Positions 1 to 10,450 of a DNA stretch of 64,000 nt are shown here, piece by piece. Source of the stretch: a virus. Position 1 is the first letter of the stretch. Each line of letters starts with the position of its first letter. Under the pieces are notes generated by a model. The model searched no databases. It worked only from the letters and a program-made list of their open reading frames with translations, and was not told where the DNA came from. Made by a program: the position numbers and the translations under genes. The DNA lies in IMG/VR virus record IMGVR_UViG_3300020424_000003, positions 16,676 through 80,675 of that record. One strand, 5' to 3'.

Positions 1-992
1 CAATTACCACGCCAGTTGTTTGCATTGTATTCAGGTTTGAAAGGAACATGGTTAAAGTTTCCTGTTCTCAATCTATCCTCACCCCAATGTTGCACAAAGT
101 AATCTTCTGCTTCTTGCTTGGTTGTGATTTCACTGTTGTAACATAATCCACTGCCTATTCTATCTTTGACAGGAGTTTTCCATATCCAACCATGATCACA
201 AGCCTGGGCAGTCACATAAGGAACCTGAGGTTCGTGTTCTGTTGCATAATTAATTTGTGAAGCCACTGCGGCATTTGTAAATAACATATGGCTTCTGTCT
301 ATCCATTTGCTATCACCCAACGCATTTGAAAGAAGTCTTTTGAAACCTGTGCAATCAACAAAGAAGTCTCCAGTTATCATGTCTCCGTTGTCAAGTGTTA
401 AATGTGCAACCTTGCCATCAATGATTGTAGGAGTGTCTATGTTTGCTTTAATGTGTCTAAGTCTTGGATATTTTTTATTACAGTATTCACTTAAGAAGTT
501 TGCAAGTTTAATAGCATCAAGATGGTATCCTACATGAGCATCACCACCTAATGCAGTTGTGTTTCCTGCAACTTTCTTATCAACAACACTAACATCATAC
601 CATGCCGTCCATTGTTCAAAGTCTTTCATTTCTACATTTCCGTCTCTACATAGATCAACAAAATCTACAAAATTATCTTTTGAGGATTTTTCTATTGGAA
701 AGTAAAAAGGTTGCCAAATGTTTACACCATCATCTCGCCAGTTAGGAAAATATGTGCCTAATTTAATTGTTGCGTCACAGGCCTTGGTCCATAACTCCTT
801 GGGTATTCCACACTCGTCTAAAAAATGATCAAACCCAAGTATGGTTGCTTCACCTACTCCAACTGTTGGTATGTTAGGACTTTCTATTAAAGTTATTTGT
901 GTATTGGGTAAATTATTAAGTGCATAAGCACAGGTCAACCAACCTGCACTACCTCCACCTACTATTACAATTTTATTGACTTTCGACAACAT
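1..992 (-). CDS. Tryptophan halogenase-family flavoprotein (partial, runs off the left edge)
   Basis: Hand translation from ATG at 992: MLSKVNKIVIVGGGSAGWLT...IPTVGVGEATI...DATIKLG; FAD GxGxxG and GVGEAT motifs of PrnA-like proteins. Confidence 0.85.
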   Translation of the reverse strand, partial: MLSKVNKIVIVGGGSAGWLTCAYALNNLPNTQITLIESPNIPTVGVGEATILGFDHFLDECGIPKELWTKACDATIKLGTYFPNWRDDGVNIWQPFYFPIEKSSKDNFVDFVDLCRDGNVEMKDFEQWTAWYDVSVVDKKVAGNTTALGGDAHVGYHLDAIKLANFLSEYCNKKYPRLRHIKANIDTPTIIDGKVAHLTLDNGDMITGDFFVDCTGFKRLLSNALGDSKWIDRSHMLFTNAAVASQINYATEHEPQVPYVTAQACDHGWIWKTPVKDRIGSGLCYNSEITTKQEAEDYFVQHWGEDRLRTGNFNHVPFKPEYNANNWRGN

Positions 993-1521
993 CCATCATC
1001 TCCTGAAATGTTTTAGTTGCAAAATCAAAACATATCTTGGCTTCTTCTGCCATACTGTCATCTATTCTTTCACGAATAGCAGTCTTCAGAGCATTTGGAT
1101 CTTCAAATTGATAAAGTCTTCCTTCTCCAGGAACACGTTTGTTGATCATCTGTCCACCACTTAGATCTCCCATGTGTCTTGTGTACACATGAGCAAACAA
1201 TTTATTTTTGTCTGTGCCTATACTCATGATATGATCTGTGTATTCTTTTGTAACATTTAAAAGTTTAGGAGGATTGTCTTTGTCCTTCCAAAGTTCTTCA
1301 TAGTCAGCAAATATGGCTGGTCCTCTTCTGATGTCACCTAGTCCATCAAAAAGTCCTTGTGCCATTGCATGGACTTCTAAAATATTGTATTGGGGGTGTT
1401 GGTTATATAAAAATGTTGCATATACTTCAGGAGATATCTTGCCTCCCATAAGTACCTTAACAAATTTTTGTCTTTCTGCGTTTTTGTGATGTTCCCAAGT
1501 TAGCTCTTTTAATCTGCTCAT
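973..1521 (-). CDS. Heme oxygenase
   Basis: LKELTWEHHKNAE (proximal His) and AHVYTRHMGDLSGGQ motifs. Confidence 0.9.
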   Translation of the reverse strand: MSRLKELTWEHHKNAERQKFVKVLMGGKISPEVYATFLYNQHPQYNILEVHAMAQGLFDGLGDIRRGPAIFADYEELWKDKDNPPKLLNVTKEYTDHIMSIGTDKNKLFAHVYTRHMGDLSGGQMINKRVPGEGRLYQFEDPNALKTAIRERIDDSMAEEAKICFDFATKTFQEMMDVVESQ

Positions 1522-1826
1522 TCCTTTTCCAATTCGACTTTCAATGGAAATCCACTTGATCGAGCCAAATTGGTAGTCTCTAAGCCTTTTTGTTCTGCTA
1601 TCTCAAAGGTGTAAACGCCAACTATTGCGGAACCTTCTTCATGTATTTTAGTTGTCAAATCTCTTGCAGTGGTCTCACTGTGTTTAAAGATTTGCACGAG
1701 TACATCGATCACGAAATCCATAGGTGTTGCATCATCATTCAACATAATGACTTTATAAAGATTGGGTTCAGCAATCTTTTGCTTTATTTTTTCATCTATT
1801 TGAACGTCCATAACATTACTTATCAT
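1518..1826 (-). CDS. clpS: ClpS N-degron adaptor
   Basis: YKVIMLNDDATPMDFV...IHEEGSAIVGVYTFEIAE...FPLKVELE. Confidence 0.93.
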   Translation of the reverse strand: MISNVMDVQIDEKIKQKIAEPNLYKVIMLNDDATPMDFVIDVLVQIFKHSETTARDLTTKIHEEGSAIVGVYTFEIAEQKGLETTNLARSSGFPLKVELEKE

Positions 1827-1855
1827 CTACTTCTCCGCGATCGATGTTAAAAGGT

Positions 1856-3748
1856 TTATTTGTCTTTACTAACTTCTTCAAAATCAGCATCAACTACATT
1901 GTCGTCCTTTGGTTTATCAGACTCTGTGTTTGCTTTTTGCTCTGATTCTTGTTGTTGCTTATAGATTGCTTCACCAAGTTTCATTGCACTTTGAGTCAAT
2001 GTTTCAGTTTTTGTTTTTATATCCTCTACATTTGACCCTTTTAATGCTTCTTTCAAATCATTAATATCAGACTCAACTTTAGTTTTATCTTCAGCTGATA
2101 ACTTATCTCCGTGTTCTTTAAGTTGTTTCTCTACATTATGAACCATTGCATCTGCATTGTTTCTTGTATCGATACCTTCACGTTTTTGTTTGTCAGCCTC
2201 CTTGTTTGCTTCTGCGTCTTTGACCATTTTGTCTATCTCAGACTCAGATAGTCCACCAGATGCTTGTATGGTTATCTTTTGTTCTTTGCCAGTGCCTTTG
2301 TCTTTTGCACTTACATTAACAATACCATTTGCATCAATATCAAATGTCACTTCAATTTGTGGCATTCCTCTTGGTGCTGGTGCGATTCCATCAAGTGTAA
2401 AGTTTCCTAATGGCTTGTTGTCTGCCGCCATTTCCCTTTCACCTTGTACAACACTAATTGTTACCGCTGGTTGATTATCCTCAGCAGTTGAAAACACCTG
2501 ACTTTTCTTTGTAGGAATAGTTGTGTTCTTTTCAATCAGTTTAGTTGCTACACCACCTAGTGTTTCAATACCTAAAGACAAAGGTGTTACATCTAACAAC
2601 AAGACATCTTTGACATCTCCTTGTAGTACTCCACCCTGTATAGCGGCACCTATTGCTACAACTTCATCTGGGTTTACACCTTTGTGAGGTTCCTTACCAA
2701 AGAAGTCTTGTACCAACTGTTGAACTTTAGGCATACGTGTCATACCACCTACTAAAATTACTTCGTCAATACCATTAGCAGATAGTTCTGCATCTTTAAG
2801 TGCTGTCTTACAAGGAACCAACGTTTTTTGAATCAAGTCTTCAACAAGAGATTCAAGTTTTGCTCTTGTCATCTTGATGTTTAAATGTTTAGGTCCACTT
2901 GCATCAGCAGTGATGAATGGTAAACTTATGTCAGTTTGTACTGCTGACGATAGTTCACACTTGGCCTTTTCAGCAGACTCTCTTACACGTTGTAATGCAA
3001 GATTATCTTTTGTTAGGTCAACACCTTGTTCTTTCTTGAACTCATCACAGATATAATTTACAATGGTGTTGTCAAAGTCTTCACCACCTAGTGAAGTGTC
3101 TCCGTTAGTAGACTTAACTTCAAATACACCATCTCCTATTTCAAGAATTGATATATCAAATGTTCCACCACCTAAATCATATACTGCAACTGTGCCTGAC
3201 TTTTTCTTGTCAAGTCCATAAGCAAGAGCGGCCGCAGTTGGTTCGTTTACTATACGTTCAACATCAAGTCCTGCAATCTTACCTGCGTCTTTGGTTGCTT
3301 GTCTTTGTGAATCATTGAAGTATGCTGGTACTGTGATTACTGCTTTCTTTACTTCACTGCCTAAATACTTTTCAGCAGTCTCTTTCATTTTTTGTAAAGT
3401 AAATGCAGATATCTGACTAGGAGAATAATCCTCGTCTTTTGCTTTTACCCAAGCATCTCCATTTGATGATTTAATTATTTTAAAGGGCGAAGTCTTAATA
3501 TCTTTTTGTACAGACTTGTCCTCATATTTTTTTCCTATTAGTCTTTTGACTGCGAAGATTGTGTTTTCTGGATTTGTCACTGCTTGTCTTTTTGCAGGAA
3601 CACCCACTAGCCTTTCATCGCCGAAAGCTACCACTGAAGGTGTTGTTCTTGCACCTTCTGTATTTTCTATTACCTTGGCGCTACCGCCTTCCATTACTGA
3701 TACGCAAGAATTGGTAGTACCTAAGTCAATACCGATTATTTTGCTCAT
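1856..3748 (-). CDS. dnaK: Chaperone DnaK (Hsp70)
   Basis: [28 protein letters not shown]; full length 630 aa. Confidence 0.99.
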   Translation of the reverse strand: MSKIIGIDLGTTNSCVSVMEGGSAKVIENTEGARTTPSVVAFGDERLVGVPAKRQAVTNPENTIFAVKRLIGKKYEDKSVQKDIKTSPFKIIKSSNGDAWVKAKDEDYSPSQISAFTLQKMKETAEKYLGSEVKKAVITVPAYFNDSQRQATKDAGKIAGLDVERIVNEPTAAALAYGLDKKKSGTVAVYDLGGGTFDISILEIGDGVFEVKSTNGDTSLGGEDFDNTIVNYICDEFKKEQGVDLTKDNLALQRVRESAEKAKCELSSAVQTDISLPFITADASGPKHLNIKMTRAKLESLVEDLIQKTLVPCKTALKDAELSANGIDEVILVGGMTRMPKVQQLVQDFFGKEPHKGVNPDEVVAIGAAIQGGVLQGDVKDVLLLDVTPLSLGIETLGGVATKLIEKNTTIPTKKSQVFSTAEDNQPAVTISVVQGEREMAADNKPLGNFTLDGIAPAPRGMPQIEVTFDIDANGIVNVSAKDKGTGKEQKITIQASGGLSESEIDKMVKDAEANKEADKQKREGIDTRNNADAMVHNVEKQLKEHGDKLSAEDKTKVESDINDLKEALKGSNVEDIKTKTETLTQSAMKLGEAIYKQQQESEQKANTESDKPKDDNVVDADFEEVSKDK

Positions 3749-3800
3749 TGTTCTCCTCCTTATTAAGCAAAGAGTAGGGTGGGTTTCCCCACCCTATCAT
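3749..3800 (-). promoter_or_regulatory. ROSE-like thermometer leader of dnaK
   Basis: Hairpin AGGGTGGG-GAAA-CCCACCCT followed by TTTGCTTAATAAGGAGG; UUGCU can pair with the SD. Confidence 0.55.
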
Positions 3801-3803
3801 TTG

Positions 3804-4250
3804 TTATTTGATTTCGATAGTTCTTGGTTTTTTAGACTCTGGAATAATTCTTTCCAAAGAAATTGTCAATAAACCATCTTTCAACTCAGCACCCTTGACT
3901 TCAACGTCATCAGCGATGCTGAAAGATTTAGTAAACATTCTCTTACTAATTCCTTTGTGCAATACGCCAGACTGATCTCCGTCTTGTTTTGCTTCTTGAA
4001 TTGATTTAACAGTAATTACACCGTCCTCATAACTTACGTCGATGTCTTTCTTACTGAAACCAGCTAGTGCGATTTCAATGTTGTAAGTGTAGTCACCAGT
4101 TTTCATAATGTTATATGGTGGGTAGTTTTGATGTGTTTGATTGGCAAAAAAGTTGTCATCAAACATTGATTCGAATCTATCAAAGATAGGATCGAAACCT
4201 ACTGTTACGGGTCTTAGTTGATTAAAAATTGATAGGTGTGATTTAGTCAT
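3804..4250 (-). CDS. Small heat-shock protein Hsp20 (IbpA-like)
   Basis: YPPYNI, IEIALAGF, LHKGISKRMF, DGLLTISL; ATG at 4250 follows AGGAGG. Confidence 0.95.
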   Translation of the reverse strand: MTKSHLSIFNQLRPVTVGFDPIFDRFESMFDDNFFANQTHQNYPPYNIMKTGDYTYNIEIALAGFSKKDIDVSYEDGVITVKSIQEAKQDGDQSGVLHKGISKRMFTKSFSIADDVEVKGAELKDGLLTISLERIIPESKKPRTIEIK

Positions 4251-4312
4251 TGTCTTGTCCTCCTTTATTAAGCAAGTTAAAGTCAAAGAACCCTATCAGG
4301 CATTCTTTAACA
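4251..4312 (-). promoter_or_regulatory. ROSE-like RNA thermometer of hsp20
   Basis: 5' hairpin AAAGAATGCC-TGATAG-GGTTCTTT, then CTTGCTTAATAAAGGAGG with the ROSE U(U/C)GCU anti-SD motif. Confidence 0.65.
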
Positions 4313-4384
4313 TATTAGTATTTATCATACTACATATAATATAGTGTAAAAGAGGCGATTTTGCAAGTATAAGGTATACCAAAT

Positions 4385-4945
4385 CTATCTAATTTGGACA
4401 AAAAAGAAGTGATTTAAGCTAAATCTACCCTCTCCAATCACTGGTTTTACTTCATGTTGAATAAAACTAGGAAACAATACAAGTGTATTATTATCCATTT
4501 TTGGTGTGTATTCATAGTCTGTAAACTGCAATTCTCCACCTGTAAATTGTTTTGGTGCTTCGTATAGCAAAGTGACTGCTGATAAAACTGCATGATCAGG
4601 GTGTAATCCATAACTGCTGTCTTTGTCATAACAATTTAGTTGTGTGACATCTAAATTACACATCTGCAAATAGTTTGCAAATACATTGTCTTTCAGTTGT
4701 TCTTTTAGTTCAAATATTTTTCTGTTGTATCTAAGTATACTGCTAACGTGTCTGTCCTGTTTGTAGTGCATATCAAGATGAACTGCATTCATCCTATTGC
4801 TTTTAGGATCACCTGTTCTTTTTGTGTCTTGGGAGTGTTTGTGTAGATATTTTATTTCTGAAAAAACACTTGGAAGTTCTGCATCGTCAAAAAAATTATC
4901 TATTATACTATGTGCAAATGGTTCTTGTAAGTTTTTAACTTGCAT
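4385..4945 (-). CDS. 2OG-Fe(II) oxygenase
   Basis: HPD...FTGGEL...FPS..HEV....R motif set. Confidence 0.85.
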   Translation of the reverse strand: MQVKNLQEPFAHSIIDNFFDDAELPSVFSEIKYLHKHSQDTKRTGDPKSNRMNAVHLDMHYKQDRHVSSILRYNRKIFELKEQLKDNVFANYLQMCNLDVTQLNCYDKDSSYGLHPDHAVLSAVTLLYEAPKQFTGGELQFTDYEYTPKMDNNTLVLFPSFIQHEVKPVIGEGRFSLNHFFFVQIR

Positions 4946-5987
4946 TGAATTTATTGAACACTTGATTAACCTGATGTGTACATCTAACAAAGGTTGCACA
5001 CTTAGGCATATCTTTTAATCTTTTTGCACCAATGTATGTACAAGCAGATCTTACTCCACCAAGTATTTCAACAACAGTTGCATCAGCTGGTCCTTTGTGT
5101 GGTAGTTCTACCACCTTGCCTTCAGCACCACGATATCCATCTTTTCTACGACCATGTTTTGCCATAGCGGCATCTGAACTCATTCCATAGAACTGTACTT
5201 TGCCGTTGACTACTTCGCCTTCGCTTTCGTCATGTCCTGCTAACATACCACCAAGCATTACAAAGTGAGCACCAGCACCAAATGCCTTAGCAACATCACC
5301 TGGATACACACAACCACCATCAGCAATCACGTGTCCTCCAATACCATTGGCCGCATCTGCACATTCAATGACTCCTGATAATTGCGGCACACCAACACCA
5401 GTCTGCAATCTAGTTGTGCATACTGATCCTGGACCAATACCAACCTTGACAATATCAGCACCACGAATGATTAATTCTTCTGTCATCTCTGCGGTTACAA
5501 CATTACCAGCAATAAGTGTTTTATCAGGATAGGTATCTCTCATCTGTGCAATAAATTCACCAAAGTTTTCATGATAAGCATTTGCAACATCAACTGTGAT
5601 AAATTTAATATCTGGAAATGCTTCTAAAACTTGTTTCATTGTGTTGTAGTCTGCGGCTTCTTTATCCCAAATGAATCCTGTCCCAGTACAAACACTGATG
5701 TATTTCATTTTGATTCCATTACCTATTGCTTCTTTCCAGTCATCAAACGTATTGTGTTTTCCTATCACGGTTAACATCTTATGACTTTGCAATACCTTTG
5801 CCATGCTAAACGTGCCAACTCCGTCCATGTTACTCGACATGATTGGAACACCTGTCCACTCATTACCACTGTTGTGAAATTTAAATGTTCTCATTAGATC
5901 TACGTCTCTACGACTTTCTAATTTAGATCTTTTAGGCTTAAAAAGTACGTCACTATAATCTAATTTTATATCATGCTCAATTCTCAT
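4935..5987 (-). CDS. guaC: GMP reductase
   Basis: KVGIGPGSVCTTR, SNMDGVGTF, FYGMSS; 350 aa with no CBS domain. Confidence 0.95.
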   Translation of the reverse strand: MRIEHDIKLDYSDVLFKPKRSKLESRRDVDLMRTFKFHNSGNEWTGVPIMSSNMDGVGTFSMAKVLQSHKMLTVIGKHNTFDDWKEAIGNGIKMKYISVCTGTGFIWDKEAADYNTMKQVLEAFPDIKFITVDVANAYHENFGEFIAQMRDTYPDKTLIAGNVVTAEMTEELIIRGADIVKVGIGPGSVCTTRLQTGVGVPQLSGVIECADAANGIGGHVIADGGCVYPGDVAKAFGAGAHFVMLGGMLAGHDESEGEVVNGKVQFYGMSSDAAMAKHGRRKDGYRGAEGKVVELPHKGPADATVVEILGGVRSACTYIGAKRLKDMPKCATFVRCTHQVNQVFNKFNAS

Positions 5988-6586
5988 TTTTCAACTCCAT
6001 AGTTAAAAGAAAGTGCTATTCTATTTGTTTTTGATCTGTTTTGCTTTACTGCGTGTTTGACCCAAGAAGGAAAAACAACAAGCATTCCAGGTTTAGGTGG
6101 ATATGTTGCCATGGTGCTTGTAATTGTATTATACTGATTCAAGTTATCAGGTATGTAATACTGTGCGTCATCGCCACGATAAAACTGCAAGTCACCTTGG
6201 TTCTCTTCTGGTACATCAATATAGAACACACCACTTAACATTCCATCTTGATGGTTGTGTAAAGTATGATAAGCACCTGGTGGATTAATATTAATCCACA
6301 AATTTTGAAATACTAATTTAGGAAAGCCTGCACTCTTAGAACAATAATCTATGGCTTTGTCTAATTCTATTAGCAATTTATTAAATGTAGGTTGAATGTT
6401 AGGAGGTAGAAGGTCAACCTTCTCTATGCTTCTGCTATGCCAACCACCTTCGTTGCTATTTCCAGCAAGTTCTGGTTCAGCCTTTTGCCATGCTTCTGCG
6501 ATAGCCTTTAGATCAGCTCTTGGTATGTCGTCATTGATTCCTGCAAATACAATACTAGGAAACCAAAGATCTGCTTTCAACTCCAT
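5984..6586 (-). CDS. Putative 2OG-Fe(II) oxygenase
   Basis: WININ...HNH...SGVFYI...FPSWVKHAV...RIALSFN. Confidence 0.85.
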   Translation of the reverse strand: MELKADLWFPSIVFAGINDDIPRADLKAIAEAWQKAEPELAGNSNEGGWHSRSIEKVDLLPPNIQPTFNKLLIELDKAIDYCSKSAGFPKLVFQNLWININPPGAYHTLHNHQDGMLSGVFYIDVPEENQGDLQFYRGDDAQYYIPDNLNQYNTITSTMATYPPKPGMLVVFPSWVKHAVKQNRSKTNRIALSFNYGVEK

Positions 6587-6822
6587 TAATAACCTTCCTC
6601 TAACATTCTTTTCTGCATCGCTTTTTTGTGCCTAGCAATACCGGCCGCTTTTTGTCTGGCCTTCTTTGTGCTTGGCTTTTCAAAATATCTTTTGGATTTG
6701 TATTCCATCAAGATACCATCTTGCGACACTTTTCTTTTGAATTTTCTCAAAGCCTTGTTAAAGTCACCGTTACGAACTGCAACATATAACCCTTCAGGCT
6801 TTTTTGTTTTGAACTTCGGCAA
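6586..6822 (-). CDS. rpsU: Ribosomal protein bS21
   Basis: VAVRNGDFNKALRKFKRKV...YFEKPS. Confidence 0.92.
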   Translation of the reverse strand: MPKFKTKKPEGLYVAVRNGDFNKALRKFKRKVSQDGILMEYKSKRYFEKPSTKKARQKAAGIARHKKAMQKRMLEEGY

Positions 6823-7195
6823 AGTCTTCTCCTTCTGCTAATTGTCCAACGTCAAAAATTCTACGATTACATAACATATTATAGTGCATAGACTCGGCAC
6901 TTGTCAAGTAAAAAGTTTTATCATAAGATAAAATTTTGCCAATAATCCATTTATGGCTGTCAGCGACATTGTCTATATCTAGTATGATGTAATCAGAAGT
7001 ATTACAAACGTCAAGTAACCAACCCAAGTCGTTCGATTCTTCGAACAGATATACATTAAGATTCTTACCCAGTTTCTTTGCCATTTCATTAAACTGTTCT
7101 TTTGTAGTTGTGCTAGGATATACAAGTGTGAAACTTAAATTATTATTATACAATTTATCAGGTGAAGTGATAAGATTGAGTACAGGCTGTTTCAT
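6794..7195 (-). CDS. Hypothetical protein
   Basis: 133-aa ORF tightly packed in the operon. Confidence 0.7.
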   Translation of the reverse strand: MKQPVLNLITSPDKLYNNNLSFTLVYPSTTTKEQFNEMAKKLGKNLNVYLFEESNDLGWLLDVCNTSDYIILDIDNVADSHKWIIGKILSYDKTFYLTSAESMHYNMLCNRRIFDVGQLAEGEDFAEVQNKKA

Positions 7196-7270
7196 ATTAC
7201 TACTTATTGTTTCTGATTTTTTGCCAAATAGAGTTCTGATTTTGCTCTTGATTTTGAACGTATACTTCTG

Positions 7271-9001
7271 TTAGGTCTGGTCGGAGTCTTCCGGATTGGT
7301 TGTCTGGCGTACTTGCTTGTTGCTTACCTTTGTTATGTAATTGGTTCCGCTCACCGTTTTTTTTTGAGCTTCGTCTATTTGTTTTAATTCTTCGCCATAA
7401 AAAATTCTATTTTTGGTATCAACATACTCTTTATCTTTATCTTTTTCTTTTTGATCTTCTTTTATTGCTTCTTTTTCTGCGGCATCTACCCATTGGTTCC
7501 ATTTGTCAACATCTTTTACTTCGTCTAGTATGTCTTCCTTTTTTTCTTCTTTAGGTTCATAGTTCTTGTTGAATTCTTCATACCCTTCTACTTCAGCTGG
7601 ATCAAATCCATCATTGACTTCTTTTATGATCTTTTCTTCAAGCTCTTCTTTCATATCAAGCTCTTTGTCAACAGTCACAGGCTCTTCGGGTAAAGGTTCA
7701 AGTTCGTCCTGCATCGTTTCACTGAACGACTTTTCTTCACTGTGATCAAGTCCAGGTTCAACTTTGACTTCTGTTGTGTCTGTGGTTACTGCACCCAGTG
7801 AACCTGCCACTGCTACTTCTTTAGTTGGAGTTGGCTCGGGCTCTGGATCGTTAGGTTCGTCTGGATCTGGATCGGACTTTGGGGGCAACTTCCCGCCCTT
7901 GTCCTCTCTTACATATTGAAATGTATATTGTGAAGCAATTAATAATAATACCGCAAGTGGATCAAATACAAAAATAATAATTATTATTACCCATCTTACA
8001 GCCGATTCTAATAATGATTGATTTGCTTGTTCACCATAGATAAATTCAGCAATATATTTAATTGGTCCTACTTCAGCTTCTAACTTACGATACTCTTTTT
8101 CATAACCAAACTTCTCTTCACGTACTTGATCAATTACTAATTGTTCTGCATCAATAAAGTTTTCAAGTTCTGTAACACGAGCATCTATGTCTTCAGTTTT
8201 TTCATTGGCTTGATTACGTAGATCCTGTATTCTATCCTGTATTGCTTTGATATCATTTGCATATTTGGCATCTACGGCCGCAAGTGCTTCATTAAGTTTA
8301 GCATTTATGTTTCTAATTTCTCTTTGTGCCGAACTTGCCACTGACAGTTCGTTTGCCTTTGCTTCTTCTACTGCTTTGTCAAACTTGGCACCGCCACCAA
8401 AGGATCCTTCAAACCTATCCTTGGCCGCTTGTATATCTGCTTCTTTACGTTCTTTTGCTTGTTCAATACGTTTGTTCTGTAATTCTATTTGTTTGTCAAA
8501 GTCAACACGGACATCATCTTTTTCAGCTTTTATAAGTGCATTGATTTTATCTAATTCTTTTTGTTCACGATCAATAAGATTATCTACACGGACATCTTCG
8601 CCTTTCATTAGGCGATTCATTTCATCTGTCCAACGTTCTATTTTACCCTGTGATCTAATTTCCTTGTCATCAAGTGTTTTAATTAAAGCAACTTGTTCTT
8701 GGCTCATAGATGTTTGTTCTATGTGTGCTTTAGATAAGAAACCAAAGATACCCATTGATGTTATAAACATTAACACAATGACTGCTATTGAAAGATAGGT
8801 TTTTAACCACCAGGCGGCTCGTGACCAATGTCTGTGTAACCATACTGCGGTAACAAGTTTCCCTATTTCTAAAGAAACACCCATGATAATGATTGGAATC
8901 ACAGCCGCGGCGAATATAGCCGCCAATCCTGCCACCGAATAGTATATAGCTACCGCACTAATAGTTAATGCAGATAGAAATGTTAATATTCCTAATAACA
9001 T
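7271..9001 (-). CDS. Membrane-anchored coiled-coil protein with acidic tail; a -1 frame extension to 7200 is likely
   Basis: Three N-terminal hydrophobic segments, long coiled coil, one more TM segment, acidic tail; A9 run at 7357-7365. Confidence 0.8.
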   Translation of the reverse strand: MLLGILTFLSALTISAVAIYYSVAGLAAIFAAAVIPIIIMGVSLEIGKLVTAVWLHRHWSRAAWWLKTYLSIAVIVLMFITSMGIFGFLSKAHIEQTSMSQEQVALIKTLDDKEIRSQGKIERWTDEMNRLMKGEDVRVDNLIDREQKELDKINALIKAEKDDVRVDFDKQIELQNKRIEQAKERKEADIQAAKDRFEGSFGGGAKFDKAVEEAKANELSVASSAQREIRNINAKLNEALAAVDAKYANDIKAIQDRIQDLRNQANEKTEDIDARVTELENFIDAEQLVIDQVREEKFGYEKEYRKLEAEVGPIKYIAEFIYGEQANQSLLESAVRWVIIIIIFVFDPLAVLLLIASQYTFQYVREDKGGKLPPKSDPDPDEPNDPEPEPTPTKEVAVAGSLGAVTTDTTEVKVEPGLDHSEEKSFSETMQDELEPLPEEPVTVDKELDMKEELEEKIIKEVNDGFDPAEVEGYEEFNKNYEPKEEKKEDILDEVKDVDKWNQWVDAAEKEAIKEDQKEKDKDKEYVDTKNRIFYGEELKQIDEAQKKTVSGTNYITKVSNKQVRQTTNPEDSDQT

Positions 9002-9044
9002 ACTGCTCCCTCTGTATTCTTTGTATAACATATTTATCTTAATT

Positions 9045-9488
9045 TTACCTTACAAACCGCCATCCTTGATGACCAGTTTCCCTACAAGCAACCTCTTTAA
9101 AGTGTCGTAGTTTACCTTTGTAATTTAATTTAGATAAAACTGTTCTACAATAACCACTTCCCATAGGATATGTACTTGCAACAAATACTTCACCATTGGT
9201 TCCAGTGTCATTATTATACCAACTTGTTGCTTGGCCAGTTTCATTGTTATCAAGAGCAAAATATATTGCTTGTTCTTGTTTCATTCTATCTTCAGCCGGT
9301 AATCTATACCAATGCCATTTAGTAAGATTAACAATAATACCTACATAACCACTGCTTGGTTGATATGTTGATTGAACACTTGATGTTGTGGTGTCACTAG
9401 TATTGTATGTTTGAACGTTCTTTGTAGAACTACAAGCCCCTAATATACTAAAAAGGGCTAGTAACAATATACCATTTACTAGTTTCAT
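9045..9488 (-). CDS. Lipoprotein, 17-kDa surface antigen-like
   Basis: Lipobox LGAC; ALDNNETGQATSWYN...GYCR...ACR. Confidence 0.7.
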   Translation of the reverse strand: MKLVNGILLLALFSILGACSSTKNVQTYNTSDTTTSSVQSTYQPSSGYVGIIVNLTKWHWYRLPAEDRMKQEQAIYFALDNNETGQATSWYNNDTGTNGEVFVASTYPMGSGYCRTVLSKLNYKGKLRHFKEVACRETGHQGWRFVR

Positions 9489-9792
9489 AGTCTTTTCCTT
9501 GCATTAGACAGGCATAGCCTTTTCTTTCGACCATCCTGCCATTAATGTTAACACTATACCAATGTTCGCGACATTCCTTTGCTATGCCCATTTTGGGTGG
9601 CAATAGCTTTTTGACAGGATCGTCGCTACATTCTGTGATTTGTGTGCTGTCAACTACACCGTTTTTTTCAATGATTGTTTTGTTAGTATCACAATACTGA
9701 TGACCGTTTTCTTCTAGTGTTAGCTTGTTACCTGTGGCACTACAACCTGTAGCTACCATCATCAGAGCTATTATGTATAGAAGATGTTTCAT
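9448..9792 (-). CDS. Putative lipoprotein
   Basis: Lipobox ATGC; paired cysteines. Confidence 0.65.
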   Translation of the reverse strand: MKHLLYIIALMMVATGCSATGNKLTLEENGHQYCDTNKTIIEKNGVVDSTQITECSDDPVKKLLPPKMGIAKECREHWYSVNINGRMVERKGYACLMQGKDYETSKWYIVTSPF

Positions 9793-9801
9793 ACGGCTCT
9801 C

Positions 9802-10380
9802 CTAGTCGACTTGTTTAGCTGACTTGTTAATAGAGTTCGTATCAATCTTTACTTGAGAAGCTCTAATACCTTGTGCTTCTGCTACCAATTGATCAACAAT
9901 CTCCTTATCAAGTTTCAACATTATGAAATGATGATACTTGCCATTTCTTTTGTACAAGTAACCTTCATTAGATGAATAATGTCTTACAACTGTATCTGTG
10001 ATCTTGTTAACAACCAATACTTGAGACTGTGTAGAAGAAACCAAATTCTCTTCACTGCCACTATCATTATATTCGATTGTTGTTCGCTTGTTCACTGCAC
10101 CGTTAATTCTATCAGCAATTTTAGTTTTTGCTAACTGCAATGATTTATCATAAGCCGCTTCTTTAAAGCCACTTACTGCACTACCACAAGCATAGTAGTA
10201 GTCTTTAGACCACCAAAACCAACCTTCAGTTCCAGTGTCCTTACACTTCATATACCAATTAGGTACTACGTCTTGTTGCTTTTCAACGACAGTAGTCATT
10301 GTTGAACAAGCTGACATCATTACCGCCATTGTTGCGACTAATGTCAGTTTTTTAAATGTGCCTTTCATTAAAGCCTCCAT
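9802..10380 (-). CDS. Putative lipoprotein (LPP20-like)
   Basis: Lipobox MSAC; VPNWY...YACGSAVS...AKTKIA. Confidence 0.6.
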   Translation of the reverse strand: MEALMKGTFKKLTLVATMAVMMSACSTMTTVVEKQQDVVPNWYMKCKDTGTEGWFWWSKDYYYACGSAVSGFKEAAYDKSLQLAKTKIADRINGAVNKRTTIEYNDSGSEENLVSSTQSQVLVVNKITDTVVRHYSSNEGYLYKRNGKYHHFIMLKLDKEIVDQLVAEAQGIRASQVKIDTNSINKSAKQVD

Positions 10381-10450
10381 AAGTTTTTCTTCATTAAGTT
10401 TATATAATAGCACCGAAACAATCAAATGTCAATGATAATTTTGCCAAAAG

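Noticed and set aside
2157-3872. Plus-strand ORFs opposite dnaK and other long genes
   Set aside because: Antisense shadows without SD or recognisable motifs
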